A DNA stretch of 64,000 nucleotides, from positions 8,220,817 to 8,284,816 of the forward strand of contig JASCQW010000119.1 of NCBI GenBank assembly GCA_030264375.1, written 5' to 3'. The position numbers and the translations under genes are program-made. The notes beneath the pieces were generated by a model that was given only the letters and a program-made list of their open reading frames with translations, did no database searches and had not been told where the DNA came from. The stretch is from Carcharhinus longimanus (lineage: Eukaryota). Of the stretch, positions 1-12,590 are shown one piece after another. Each line of letters starts with the position of its first letter. The first letter of the stretch is position 1.

Positions 1-59
1 ATTTTTCTCCGCAACCCCACCCCCCCCCCCTCCACCCCGCCCTCCCAAGCCCCAACGCC

Positions 60-385
60 TAACTATTCTTTTTCCTTCTGTGGCAGATTACCCTCTCATT
101 TTGTGGTCCCTGCCGTTTTGACTTTCACATCCTTTATTCTCTTCGTGGACGGCCGTTCGCAGTCTTTTACCCGGGTTCATGTGGCTATGACTTTTTTTTT
201 TCATTCCGGCACGCTGTTGTATAAATATATCCCACTTTCCATGCACTTTAGCTCTGACAAATCGTGATCCAGTCTCCAAACGTCAGCTCTTTTCTCTCCT
301 TAAATATGTTGCCAGGTCTGCTGATATTTTCCAGCATTTCATCTTTTGCGTTCAGATTCCAGCATTTGCAGTAATTTGCTTTTAA
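60..385 (+). mobile_element. Penelope-like element (PLE) terminal repeat remnant, family A
   Basis: CT-rich stretch followed by 'agctctgacaa...ccaaacgtcagctcttttctctcc...tgctgatattttccagcattt...ttcagattccagcatttgcagtaatttgc', which I recognise as a shark PLE 3' end. It includes a degenerate minimal hammerhead. Confidence 0.65.
250..288 (+). ncRNA. Degenerate minimal type I hammerhead ribozyme (PLE-associated), probably inactive
   Basis: AGCT-CTGACAA-(stem II region)-CAAA-CGTC-AGCT. Stem I is AGCT/AGCT, stem III is the palindrome ACGT, and the cleavage triplet is GTC. Two core positions deviate from CUGANGA/GAAA. Confidence 0.55.
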
Positions 386-2142
386 CCAGAAGCAAGATTA
401 TTAATTAGTCGATTGGTTTCATGGTATATTGCCCTCAAATTTCCTAATTAACGACCTTACTAACTTAATCTCGCTACATTTTCCACACCGAGTCAAAGTG
501 AAGAATAAAGTGACCCATTTTTATTGCTCTTTTGTTTTGTCATGCAAAATTGCTTTGCCGATTTTACCCTTTGCTAAATTGTAGCTTCTGTTTCTGGTTC
601 TATACACTACTCCCTCCAATGTTATCTTTTTGTCCTCCAGCCATGATTATCTTACAACATCGCAGCTACGTGTTTACACAAATTTGACGTTATTTTGTCT
701 TTTACTGAATGTACTATCCTATCAATTGTTCTTCCTTTCCAATATTTCCAAGTGTTCAAACGTTCCTGTTTTGATCTCCTTTTTAGCATGTTTTTGTTTA
801 CAGGAAAGCAGTGAGATCAAATACATCTACTCCGATCTGCACGATCGGTGTGTGGACTTTTATCCAATTTCTTCGTGTGTAAAGATACAACATACTTAGG
901 CTTCAGGCTTTTAAATTTTAGCCGCCCTCAAATTTCACTGCACGTTTACCCTTGTTTAGAGTATTTACTGTCTCTGCATTTTACTCGTTTTCCTTTATTT
1001 TTGCTGTTGTTAGGGTCCCATACAGTATTCCTAATTGACTGGGCACGCCAGACGTACCTTAACCCGACTGTGTGCAGTTTGTTTTATTTTTCGATCTAAA
1101 TGAGATGAAAGATAATTCCAGCAATTTCCTCTGACAAAAATAGGACATGTCAAATTAAAACAATCTATATTTAATAACATAGGTTAAATATAATTCTAAC
1201 AATTGAAGATGGAAAAAGTATTAAAAATTGAATAATAGCTTACAACCAGCATATAATTTATTTTCCTGCTCCAACTGTGCAGCAGGAACTTTGGGGTGAA
1301 AACTGTCACGTTATAAGAAGTTAGAGATCACGAATGCATTCGTTATTATTTGTGCTAAGAGCCTTACCAATTTCTCAGGGAAAACAATGTTTTGGGTAAT
1401 TTCAGACATTTTTGTTCAACGGATTTCCAGATAGAACTACACTCTAAAACTGCAAAAACTCGATTCTCTCTGCAACAGAGTGAAAACATTACACAATTAA
1501 CTCATTCAAATTTCAGCTGAAATACCACAAGAAATAATTGTTTGGCTACGGCTTTCTTGGTACCAAATGCCTTGCTGAAAATGTGTCATTAAATGACTTC
1601 GTTGTTCTTCAGGTAAGCACACAATCACGTGAGAACAATTCCATTGGCTTCCAACAGCATACATTTGAAATGTTGAACACTCGAATTTAGCAAGTTAAGG
1701 AATTTGACTGCATATTTCTGAATTGCACCTGCATTATCACGTATGCACTCTTACAACTGAGGTAACGATATGAAAACATGACTTTATTTTTATATACTAT
1801 TGTTGCTCTAATATCCCCATCAAAGCAGCCTCTATTTGCCACCGATACAAATGCGTAAAAAAAAGTGGATGATGATCTGTGTAAATAATTGTCTGCAATA
1901 AATGGATGTGGGCAACAAAATGTTGACATGGTACCTTTCTACATCAAACTCCATCCTTCCCGATATTCGAAACATGACTTGCATCATTGGCCACTTGCAT
2001 TGCTTAATATGTTTGAATGACATCAATATTGGTGCTGTGGTTAACGTATTTTTCAGGGTGTGCTGATGTCATCTGACACAAAACGTCCACTTTGTTGCGC
2101 CTGTTAATTCTCACATATTTTCGACCGGTTTGCTTACTTCAA

Positions 2143-2905
2143 TGTTTTATCCCGGTGCCTTTATTTGCAAGACGGACAAAGGGCAAACGCAATTAAAGTT
2201 TCAATTAATTTATTAATAATAACACTATTAATCCTTAATTTATCAACGTAAAACAAGAGGATAACCCAAATTTAAGTATTCTACCCGCAAAGATGGTTTG
2301 GTAAAAAGTGCAGGTTCGATTCTCTGAGTCCCGCTGGTGCGCTGTCAGGAAAATGAGTCGACACGGCGACTTCTTCCTTCCTCCCTTCTCTGCTCAGTCT
2401 TCCGAATGGTCAAGGGTCACCTCCTTCATCGAGTCTTCACTGCCGGTGTTTGAAAAAGTGTCTCTTTATCCCCTGTCTGCTCGCCTTTCCAGAAACTTCT
2501 GTGGCTTCGGGCCAATGAGGTCCCAGGAGGGGGTTCCAATACCCTGTGGGTTTATTGATGTCTGCCCAACAGGACACCAGGGCTTGCCTCCAGGTTGTTG
2601 CTTACATGTAAGCTGTTATCAGATTAAGCGAACTACAAGAAGATGTGGTGACAGAAAGTGTGGTCCAATCTGAACTTCTAACAATAGACCGGTGCATTGT
2701 AATGAGGTACAATGATCCCCTGCTAAGTATCAGTAGGGTGTAATGACCTTTGATGGTAGATTGATGAATCCGGCCCAGGTCGGTTTGTGTATTGTACAAT
2801 TGGCCTGCCCGTGGTTTAACTGTGTTTGATTTTTAACATGCCCAATTCTTTAATTTAGGATATCCAATTTTATCAGCCTTAAAACTAGGCCCAGGTTATA
2901 TCACA
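2143..2905 (-). mobile_element. Probable solo LTR
   Basis: TG...CA termini with imperfect inverted ends (tgttttat / atatcaca) and flanking near-direct repeat acttcaa / acttgaa. On the minus strand a TATA-like 'ggggataaaga' (~2465) precedes AATAAA (~2210). GC is higher than in the flanks. Confidence 0.5.
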
Positions 2906-2984
2906 ACTTGAAGCCTCTGTGTTCCCTTTTCCTGCAATTTAGTCAATGAAGAAAGCAGGATGCGATAATTGTGCCGAATTTCAT

Positions 2985-3058
2985 GGAACCATAGAATGCC
3001 TGGTGCGCAGTAGAGGTCATTCGGCCCAGCAAACCCGCACTGACAACAACCCCATTGT
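2985..3058 (-). mobile_element. 3' tail fragment of HE1-like SINE/CR1
   Basis: 'catagaatgcc...gcagtagaggtcattcggcccagcaaacccgcactgacaacaacccca' is the reverse complement of the SINE tail seen at 58400-58470. Confidence 0.55.
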
Positions 3059-3169
3059 TATGTGATTTCAAATTTCCCAACATTTACTGAGATACAGATT
3101 GTGTCAAGATATTGGATTTCAAAAATTTCTTGAAATTTTAACGGAAAACACAGCAATAGAATGTTTTAA

Positions 3170-5937
3170 CGGAAACATTTAAAACCCATATGCAGAGGAA
3201 CCAAGAAAAGAGGCAGCTGTGCTGGACGTAATACTGTGGAATGAACTAGACAATTGATTGAAGTGGTGGTGGGGGAACATGTCAGTGATAACAATCACAA
3301 CATGGTACAATTTGAACTTCGTTACGGAAATATGGATGCTTGAAAAGACACCTTTGATTTGGGAAAACGGATTTTAGTAAAACAAGGCAGAATCTTGCCA
3401 AGGCAGAAAAGTATTACACCAACAATTGAAACATCGACAGTCGAGCATTTGAGAGTATTCAAAATAAAAACTACACGGAGAGCGTACAATCCCAGTATGC
3501 TCCCCGTGGGGGATAGCTTGTTAAAACAAGCCCAGAGAACCATAGGCGACCAGGAGTACACAGGGTGCAACGAAAAGAAAAACAAAAAGTTTGATTTTAA
3601 GTACAAAGGGAGACAATATTTGACGGATAAAAAAATGCAGGGTGCAGTTCCAGAAATCAATTCGGAATGCAATGATAGAATGTAAGAACGTTCTTGCTTG
3701 TAACAGGAAGGCAACTCCCAAGATATGATATAAGTATAGCAATGGAAGAGTATATCCACAACATGCATAAGTTTCATTGGGATCAAAGGGACAATCTATG
3801 GGAGGATACAGAGAGCTCTGATAGAATATTGAATGGATATGTTACATGTGTCTCCACCCCATAAAAAAGGACGATGTTTTCGAATTCAGGGTGAATGACT
3901 GTGAGGTTGTTGATCAAATTGACATGGGAAAGGACAATGCATTTGAATTTTTCATATCATTTAAGTGGATCACTTTTCTGGTCCAGATGAATTGTGCCCT
4001 AGGATGATTTAGCAGGCGAGGGATGAAGTTGGAGGGGCACTGACTCAAAATTTCAATTGCCCCCATCCACAGATGACGTCACAGTAAAAATTCTCAACAC
4101 CAGGTCAAAGTCTAACAGGTTTATTTGCTAGCAAAACCCATTATATTTCAGAGCACTTGCTGCCCCTTCGTCAGCTGAGTGGGAGTTCTATTTACAAACA
4201 GGGCATTTAATGACACAAACTCAACTTACAAAATAATGATTGGAATGCGAGTCTTAAATGTCCAGAGAATGTGAGTGTAACTTTAATACTCGATTACCTA
4301 TAAATACTAGCATTCCAATCAGTATTTTGTAAATTGAGTTTGTGTCATATCTTGCCTTGATTGTAAATAGAACTCCCACTCACTTGACAAAGGGGCAGCA
4401 AGCGCTCCGAAAGATAATGTTTTTTGCAAACAAATAAACGTGTTGAACTTTAACCTGGTGTTTTAAGACGTCTTATTGTGTTTACCCCGATCCAACGCCG
4501 GCGTCTGTAAATCACAGGAGATGTGCAGGCAGCGGGAGAACAACAAATATGCTCCCACCTTTTCGGAAGGGTTGTACAGGCGAACCATTAAACTATAGAC
4601 TGTGAGACTCACGTCAGGGACATTTTACGATTAAGTTCTTAATTATAGTATCGATCTGATTTTGTAGAGGAAGTGTCAGAATAGGGACAGTGAGCTTGGT
4701 CAGGTGGAGGGCAAGACTAAGAAACTTGACTGTTATTTATTTTTGAGGAGGTGACAAGGTGTGCGGGCAAGGTTAGTGTAGCCGTTGTAGTTTATATGGA
4801 TTCCGGCAAATTCATTGACAAAGTCTTACATGGGAAATTTGTAAACAGGATGAATGCATGGATTATAAATGTAATGTAATAAAGATGATACGAAATACTC
4901 TCAGTTGTAGGAGGTAGAGTTGACGACTGAAGTCCGCCTTCGTGCCTGCAAACCCGTGTCCAGCGGCGTACCACAGGAATTTATATTGGGCCCCGTGTTA
5001 CTTGCCATTTATATAAATGCCATTAATAACTATTTGGGGTGTGGGATTAGCAAATTTACAGTTGGCATACAGGTTTATATTGAAGTGGAATGTCTTGTGG
5101 TCCAGGAGGACATAGGCAGAATGGTGAAATGGGCTGATAAGGAACAGATGGAATTTGACCCTGAATAGTCAGAGGGATTAATTTAAAAAAGAACATTTTG
5201 ACAAGAAAATATTCAATGTATGGTCGGACAATAGGCTGTTTGTGTGATTGACCTGTTTGACCACAGATCTCTGGTAGTGGAAGGGCATGTTAGTAAGGTG
5301 GTCAAACATGCTTGTGGCACATGTATCTTTAGCAGTCGATGCATAGCAGGGAAGCCAGCGAGTTTCATGAAACACTCTTAAGACCGCAGTTTGATTACCA
5401 AGTGCAGTATTGAACACCACGTTATCAGAAGGATGCGATTGCATTAGAAGGATGCAGAAGAGTTTCACCAGGACGCTGCCTAGAATGGATCATTTTTGAT
5501 ATGACGAGACAGTGTGTATTGATGGTTGTTTTTTCTTATTGGAGGAATGAAGACTTAGGGGCAAACTCATCGAGGTATGACGGTATGACGGGCATGGGCC
5601 GAGTGGAGGATGAAAATCTCTTCCCCCAATTGATGGATCCGTCACGAAAGTGCATACATTCCTAATGAGGGACAAAACGATTAGGGGTGGTGTTTGGAAA
5701 GTTTTTTTTTGGCAGAGGGTACTGATAACCTGGAATGTGCTGCTGGGACAGTGCTAGAGATAGGTCGCCTCATAACATTTAAAACGTATTTGCATGAGTA
5801 CTTGGCACATCATATCATTCAGGGCTATGGGCAACGATTTGTGCATGTTAATCTCTTTTTTTTCCAGATGCTTCTAATTATTCGTGGCAGACTCGATTGG
5901 TCGAAAGGCCGCTTGTGCGTTGTATGATTCCATGATT
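3170..5937 (+). mobile_element. Decayed CR1 LINE ORF2 (end of endonuclease, RT, 3' UTR), interrupted by a PLE
   Basis: Endonuclease C-terminus EEP..AVLD.IL.NE...VGEH..DNNHN; RT motif SSGVPQEFILGPVL.IYIN (ORF 4920-5168); WADKEQMEF; tail 'gtatgattccatgatt'. Many stops and frameshifts. Confidence 0.85.
4082..4513. mobile_element. PLE family B insertion made of two inverted terminal repeats
   Basis: ~4082-4260 is the reverse complement of ~4290-4480 (e.g. gagtgggagttctatttacaa / ttgtaaatagaactcccactc). The right end carries the extra tail 'ccccgatccaacgccggcgtctgtaaatc'. Confidence 0.8.
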
Positions 5938-8829
5938 AACCACCCTTCAGTCTTCTGGAATTTCGTGAGTGGAAATAAATGCAGAAAATATTTTTGTTGG
6001 TTTCTCTGAATTTCTTCCCTAGCACACCTAAACGACCCGGAGATGTATCTACTTTATGCGCTTTAACGTTGCAAATAAATCATCCAGAATAATTAGCATG
6101 TGATCCAAGGCATCACATTTTTTTTCGCCTTATTCCATTTGTGCCCTTGATTTTACCCTCAGTAAACACTGAAGTGAATTTTTCACGTTTGTGATAATCT
6201 TTTATGTGCTGGATTGTTATTGGCATGTACTGGCGTAGTCATAGGGCCAGAAACTGAATAAAATAAATGGAATTCGGAACATCGTACTGAGATTTGCGTA
6301 ATGGTAGTTTATCGGAAGTGATGGTCAAAGAAGACAAACATTGCAGGGAACAAGCCAACATGGGCAGAGAAACGATGGAAATTGGATCACACGCCTTTGA
6401 CTAACAAACATCCGACTAAAGGTTTGGGAAATCCGTGTCAAGCATTACTTGGTTGTGAATGTAATCACATGCGTAAAATCTACAAAAAAGATACGTTATA
6501 TGATGTATGCTTGAAGGCAATACTGTGCTTGCACAACCAGTGTCCAATCCAGTTCTGTCAATGCAATATTGTTCAATATGAAAGTTACTGAGAGTGGAGA
6601 GAAAAGATAATAAAATTATTCTTGGCATTAGTGGTTTCAATCACGAAATTAGATTGCTGAGGAAAAGACAGTTTATTTGAAGAAATGGCTAATGTGCACA
6701 ATTTTGATGCAAACAAAACAGCTGAAGTTGCGAACACTGTAGATGACAATTTTCGAATATGTCTAATTCTCTTTTGCTGATTGTGGAAAAGCTCGTGTCC
6801 AATGCCTAACCGGGGACATCGGTGTTATGGTGGTGGATCAATATTAGTTTATGTGAAAAAAAAAGTGGCAATGTGAGCTTTGTAAGCCAGGTGAATTTTT
6901 TAAATGTATTTTCAAAACACAACGGAAGTTTAATGAGTTTAGTAAATTTGCGGTGAGAATTTGTTCAGTCTGCTGTATTCCTTTTCCAAGCATTGGTTTC
7001 ATTCTGTAGAAAAATTAGTATATTGTGGTTTGCCATTTCCTTACGAATGGCGTATCACAAGTATACATCGATAAGTAAGGCATTGGATAATGTATGACAA
7101 ATGTTGTCAAGCAGTAACGTGTGCAATGTTTAAACGTGAGAGAAATGATGGCGAGGGTACAGCACCAATGTGAGGCAGGAAATGCTGTAATCAATTCAAA
7201 AAAAGATAATAATAATTACAAGGTTTTTCGGAACAAAATCTCCAATAACAAACACATGAACTAAAAGTTTTATTTCAAGTTTCAACGCAAGAAACACGAA
7301 TAAAGGAAACATATCATATATATTCCACATGATCTTTTACCCCTCGGATCAGATTCAAACGTTTGAGGAAACTTAAAGATGCAGCATAATGGTTGGTTCT
7401 TCATCCTCTCGATCCGTCTCAGCCAATTAACAAGAAAATATCTGATCTGTAAGAGCAGGGTGGACGCAAAATAGGTAGCCAATTTTGAACAAGACTTTTT
7501 TTTCTCTTTCAGAAATACGCCAATTGAAGGATGCTCTCCAGGACAAATGTGAGTAATAAATATTGTCTACATTTAAAAAATAGATTCTAATCGAATCTGG
7601 ACAGTTGTGGGATTGTGTTACGAGATGTGACATGAAATATTTTACCAATGTATACCACTCATGGTCTTATGGTTTGAAGGCTTCAAGTCATTGCACATAA
7701 CGGTTATACCCGTCTTTTTTTTCACGTCTGTCTTTGGCCATTGCCAAGGTTCAATGCCTTCCAATCGATGTCGATAACATGACGCAAATGTGGATCAAAT
7801 TGCCTTTTGATTGGCATAATGCAATGGTAAAATATGTTGATCAATTGTGAGCAAATTTGAACATACTTAGATATATTTTCCAAAGCGACACCTTTCAATG
7901 CAGATGAATTTCGTGTCTAAGTGATTGAAATATGGAATTATTGATTCTGCAGTTTGGAACCCAGAACACGTCTAATTCGATGTTGTGAAACACGAGTATT
8001 TTGAGCAATTGATTTTTACGACATATGTCCATTATCCCAGCTGTACGAAATCAGTTGCATCCATTTAATTTATTGCGAGTGTCATCTTCTTTTTAGTCCC
8101 CGATAAAGTCTTTGATACTTCCGGTAAGCAGTTTTTAATATTAAACCAGATGAAACGTCCAATTCTATCAAGACAATGTGCAGCATTTTTCTAAAAAAAA
8201 CATACAACATTTGGTTGATCAAAACACATAGAGCACTGGCAAAACACATGGGTTTCGCTAGTCTTTTCCTGTTTATGTATGCTATGTCATTTCCTACATT
8301 GGCTAAACATTAGCTGCTATTGAACCTGAATCCCTTTAATCTTTGTACGATTTGTGATAAAACATGAGATGATGGAAGGTTACCGAAAACCCGGAAAAAT
8401 CCCGCCGCCAATTTATTAAATCATGCTCATCTTCGGTTGGCAAGTGACGCATTAACGATGGTGCAGAGACGCCTAATTCTTATTCAAAATTACAATTATG
8501 GTAATTCATTCAAGCAGCTGGTTTAAACACCTCGACCAAATATGAAATTACGACACCAACTGAGTTATTAAGCTTCTCACATATCCTAACGTAGTTTTAA
8601 GTAAAGCGGACAAAATAAATGAGCAAATTACTTTCCTGAACGTTGCGGTTCGCTATAAATATGGTATGAAAAGTGGCGTATATTGTTAGGAGGCGTGTAA
8701 AAAAAGGCATTCTGTTTCACAGGTAAGCAAATGCTTGTCGCAACAAGAGACGGTGAAGTTATCAACAGAAGCAGTTCTCCTCTAGACTCATAGAATTGAA
8801 TGCAGGGATATGTCAGGGGAAAAAAATCC

Positions 8830-8995
8830 TTGGGGTGCATCTGGGATACAATCCACTATCTTAAATAAACTTTTGGAGAGGCAAGAGTGGGATGGGTGGG
8901 CGGATGGATTGTACATTTGGGCACATGTTGGGCCATGGATGTCGGTAGCTGGAAGGAGGGCATGGTTTAAATACACCTTGCCTCTCTTTCGTGAA
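8830..8995 (+). mobile_element. Old CR1 3' fragment
   Basis: Weak resemblance to CR1 ORF2 end and 3' UTR (atctggga...ttttggagaggca...ggatgggtgg...gggccatgga). Confidence 0.3.
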
Positions 8996-9204
8996 TATCT
9001 TCGCATGTCAGTCGGGGCCAGGTGAACGATGCATCGACCACTTTCTCTTGCATACAGTTTCCTGCAACTCACAAGCTATGCAACAAATCTTCCGATCGTT
9101 TGTATGTCTTGAGATGAAAACTGTTTGAATAATTGTAAATGGAGTTTTCCTTCCTCTGTACTGCCAACTCTATATTAACTTCAGTTGAAAAACATCAGGC
9201 TTGA

Positions 9205-9966
9205 AGTCAGAGTTGATTGACAGAGTTGCTGATGACACAAAGATGAGTGGAAATGCAAGTTGTTTGGAGGGTGTGGAAAGTCTGCAAAGGGATCTGGATA
9301 GGCTGAGCGAGTGGGCGACAACCTGGTAGATGGAGTACAATGTTAGCAAGTAGGAGGGATTTCAATTTAATGGGCAAGAAGCTGTAGCACACTACGATTT
9401 AGGGGGACCTGGGGGTCCTTGTGCGTGAGTCGCAAAATACCCAGTCAGGAGGTGCAGCAGGTGATCAAGAATGCGAATGGGATGTTGGCCTTTAAAGCGA
9501 GGGGGATAGAATATAAAAGCAGGGATGTCTTATTGCAACTGTACAGGGCACTGGTGAGGCCGCAGCTGGAGTACTGTGTGCAGTTTTGGTCGCCGCACTT
9601 GCGTAAGGATATTTTGGCCTTGGAGGGAGTGCAGAGGAGGTTCACTAGGCTGATACCGGAGATGAGGGGGTTAGACTATGANNNNNNNNNNNNNNNNNNN
9701 NNNNNNNNNNNNNNNNNNNNNNNNNNNNNNNNNNNNNNNNNNNNNNNNNNNNNNNNNNNNNNNNNNNNNNNNNNNNNNNNNAATATATTTAAGACACGGG
9801 TAGATAGGTTTTTGGTAGGCAAGGGGATTAAGGGTTATGGGGAGAAAGCGGGAAAGTGCAACTGAGCCACTTCAGATCAGCCATGGTCTTATTGAATGGC
9901 GGGGCGGGCTCGAAGGGGTAAATGGCCTACTCCTGCTCCTATTTCTTCTGTTCTTATGTTCTTATG
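9205..9966 (+). mobile_element. CR1 LINE 3' part (ttcttatg-tail subfamily), with assembly gap
   Basis: ORF 9419-9865 reads KNANGMLAF...LYRALVRPQLEYCVQFWSPHLRKDILALEGVQRRFTRLIP; ends in (ttcttatg)n. Confidence 0.92.
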
Positions 9967-11794
9967 ACAATTTACGCCACGTAATGGAATTCAATCGATC
10001 CGTATTTTCCTAAAATGGGAAATAATGAATTGCGACACAATAGATGGTCATAACTGAACATTGGTGGAAGGAGGAAGGTAAAGGTTTTTGAGCGTATTCA
10101 GAACAATATTTGCCCTCAGCGAAAGAAAATAAGCCAGTAATGAATATGCTAAGCTTGTGGTAATAGTGCTTCTCAGCGAATTCATTGCACGCAATCAGAG
10201 CACACAATATTATTAAAACTTCATGGGGACGAAAAAAGGAACAAAACGACAGACGAAGTCTTCTGAGGCAATTTTTTTTTAACTTGTTTGACTACGTCGT
10301 ATTGTTTGGCAATCATGACGATATAAAATGAAAGAAGCTGCAGTATTATTTGAAACATTCCCAACACTTTTCTTTTCAGAGGCTCTTCCGCAAGGACCAT
10401 CGGCACAGATACCCTGTAATCACACGTTGCGGGCCACAATAAAAAAAAATCACCTTTTTTTGTTTTGCCAGCCGATTGATATGGTGGCGAGAACAACAAG
10501 TTAGACTTGAATTCAAAATCGAACAATTCAAATTGCATCATTCTAGTTTTTGTGTTTAATATGCTGTGCTCGGGATTTTGGCCCAGAGAGAATGGTCTTG
10601 TCAAATCAAGCAAAATAGCAGCGCGTTTGCCTGATGTGTCATTGAATTTGTATCTCATCTAGATTGGGCCAAACGGTCACGTACGAATATATTCATCAAA
10701 TAAAATTAGGTATTCATTTATTTTTGCATTAACACCAATTAATAGAAGGATATCAAGTCATATGCCATTTGAGCAGAAAGAAAATGTATAACCGAGTTGA
10801 TTTCAGTCCCCTTCAAATTATGACATAACTTCCCCTGGGCCGGGGAAAGTAAGAATTGCGGAGGCTCAAAGTTAGCTACAAAAACACTAACAGTCTTCTC
10901 GTATTTCAGTGTTTAGGGAGATACGTTGGAAAATGCAAGTCACCGTCGACTTCTGAGTACAAACAGAAAATGTCGAAACGGAAGGAGACAATGCAAAGTG
11001 AATTAAACATTTGGCTGTGATTTACAACCAATAATGGTCACTGAACGTATTGCAACATCGGTGATCTGACAACCAATTTTCATTCGGCATTCTTGCAGTT
11101 GCAGCAATGTGCGAAATGCGTTTCAGCGTTTTCTTTTTAAGATGCCACGTGCATTATGAAAGTGAGCGACGTCTCCAGCAAAATATAACCAACTCATGCT
11201 ATCTCTTAGTTTTGCGATATGTTGGATTCACCAGGTGGAGAACGTTGTTCATTCCATGTGGTTCATTCTCAAGGCCAAAAAATAAAACTCCTGAATTTGA
11301 CGTGACTCCAGCAAATGAAGGGAAGACTATATTCTCAACGTGTGTTGATGCGAATAATACCAATCTATTCGATTTGGCTGCTGACAATTATTCTGCAATA
11401 TGGAACTTCCGCTTTCGGTATGTTGTTGTATTTTGATCAGATTCCTCAATGTTGAAATACTGGTGTCGTCTCCAAAAATAAAAGCATGTGATAAAGTTAA
11501 AAAAAAATGAAAAATAATGATGGGAAACGCTAAAAAGAAGTGAATAAGTGTGTAAACCATTGAAGTGACGTAATCCAATATAAAATGACCAATTCATGAG
11601 TGTAAAAATGAGCTGAGATTTTCCGCCTAATGAATCGGCATGAAACTGACAGATTACCTTATTTTTTTTTTACCAGATCAAATCCAAATGATGACATTTG
11701 TTTTACTCCGCACAGACATAAATAAATTGAAGGAAGCTCTCAAAGAAACAGGTGAAAAATAAAATCATTTACAAACAGATATGCATTTTCATTT

Positions 11795-12085
11795 GGGCAC
11801 ATAGCCTCAGTGACCCGGGTACGATTCCCAACATGCGTTTGTCTGTGTGAAGTTTGCACATTCTCCCCGTGTCTGCGTGGTTTCCTCCCGGTGTTCCGCT
11901 TTCCTCCCATAATCGATAGATGTACAGATTACTTGCATTGGCCATGCTAAATTGCTCCTTAGTGTCAGGAGACTAGTTGTGGTAAAATTCATGGGGATAT
12001 GAAGATAGGGATGGGGTGGGATCGTAGTCCGTGCAGAGCCAATGGGGCGAATGGTCTCCTTCTGCACTGCAGTCTCAATGGTAAC
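11795..12085 (+). mobile_element. HE1-like V-SINE
   Basis: B-box-like 'ggtacgattccc', V-domain 'gtttgcacattctccccgtgtctgcgtggtttcctcccgg', CR1-derived tail. Confidence 0.85.
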
Positions 12086-12409
12086 TATGTATTATGAATT
12101 TCAACGATATATCCGAAGATGGTATTGATAAGTGGTGCAGACTTTTTTGAGCGCCTGACTGCGGGGTTTGGAGTTAAGTGTTCGAGGGGAATTGCACTGT
12201 GAGTGCATCGGTGCACGTGAAGGCGACTTTTTTTTTTCATTGCACCGATTCTGTCGTTCTAAAGTCGTAAATTATGTGAACTTACATATTCATCTTAAAT
12301 TTCAATTATTAAAACATAATATTTTACTGTTTTCAGTGCATAAAACAATATATCATCATCCCTCGTCACTTTTTTTTCTAATATTCCAAAAGCAAACTAA
12401 ATCTGATGG

Positions 12410-12590
12410 CGAAATCTCGTGAAGATACTGAGCGAGTTTCACAAAATGCGGAGGTATAAGGGCATAGTCGAGACAGTAAAAATGCTCATACTGTTGAAAG
12501 GTAAAAAAAAAACAGACGTCATAGGTAAGTTAATGAGGAGAAAGATAATCAACTTAAAGAGTGGAGACATGAGTTTTCTTTTTCTAGGCA
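12410..12590 (+). mobile_element. Old CR1 ORF2 C-terminal fragment (target of the adjacent PLE)
   Basis: Degenerate 'EFHKMRRYKGIVETVK..' resembling the CR1 GDLIEVYKIMRGIDRVD region. Confidence 0.4.

Noticed and set aside
4082-4513. Classical MITE, or a CRISPR-like or prokaryotic repeat system
   Set aside because: The termini match the GIY-YIG-encoding PLE at 12591-14225 and are asymmetric. No repeat-spacer array or prokaryotic gene organisation exists anywhere in the window.
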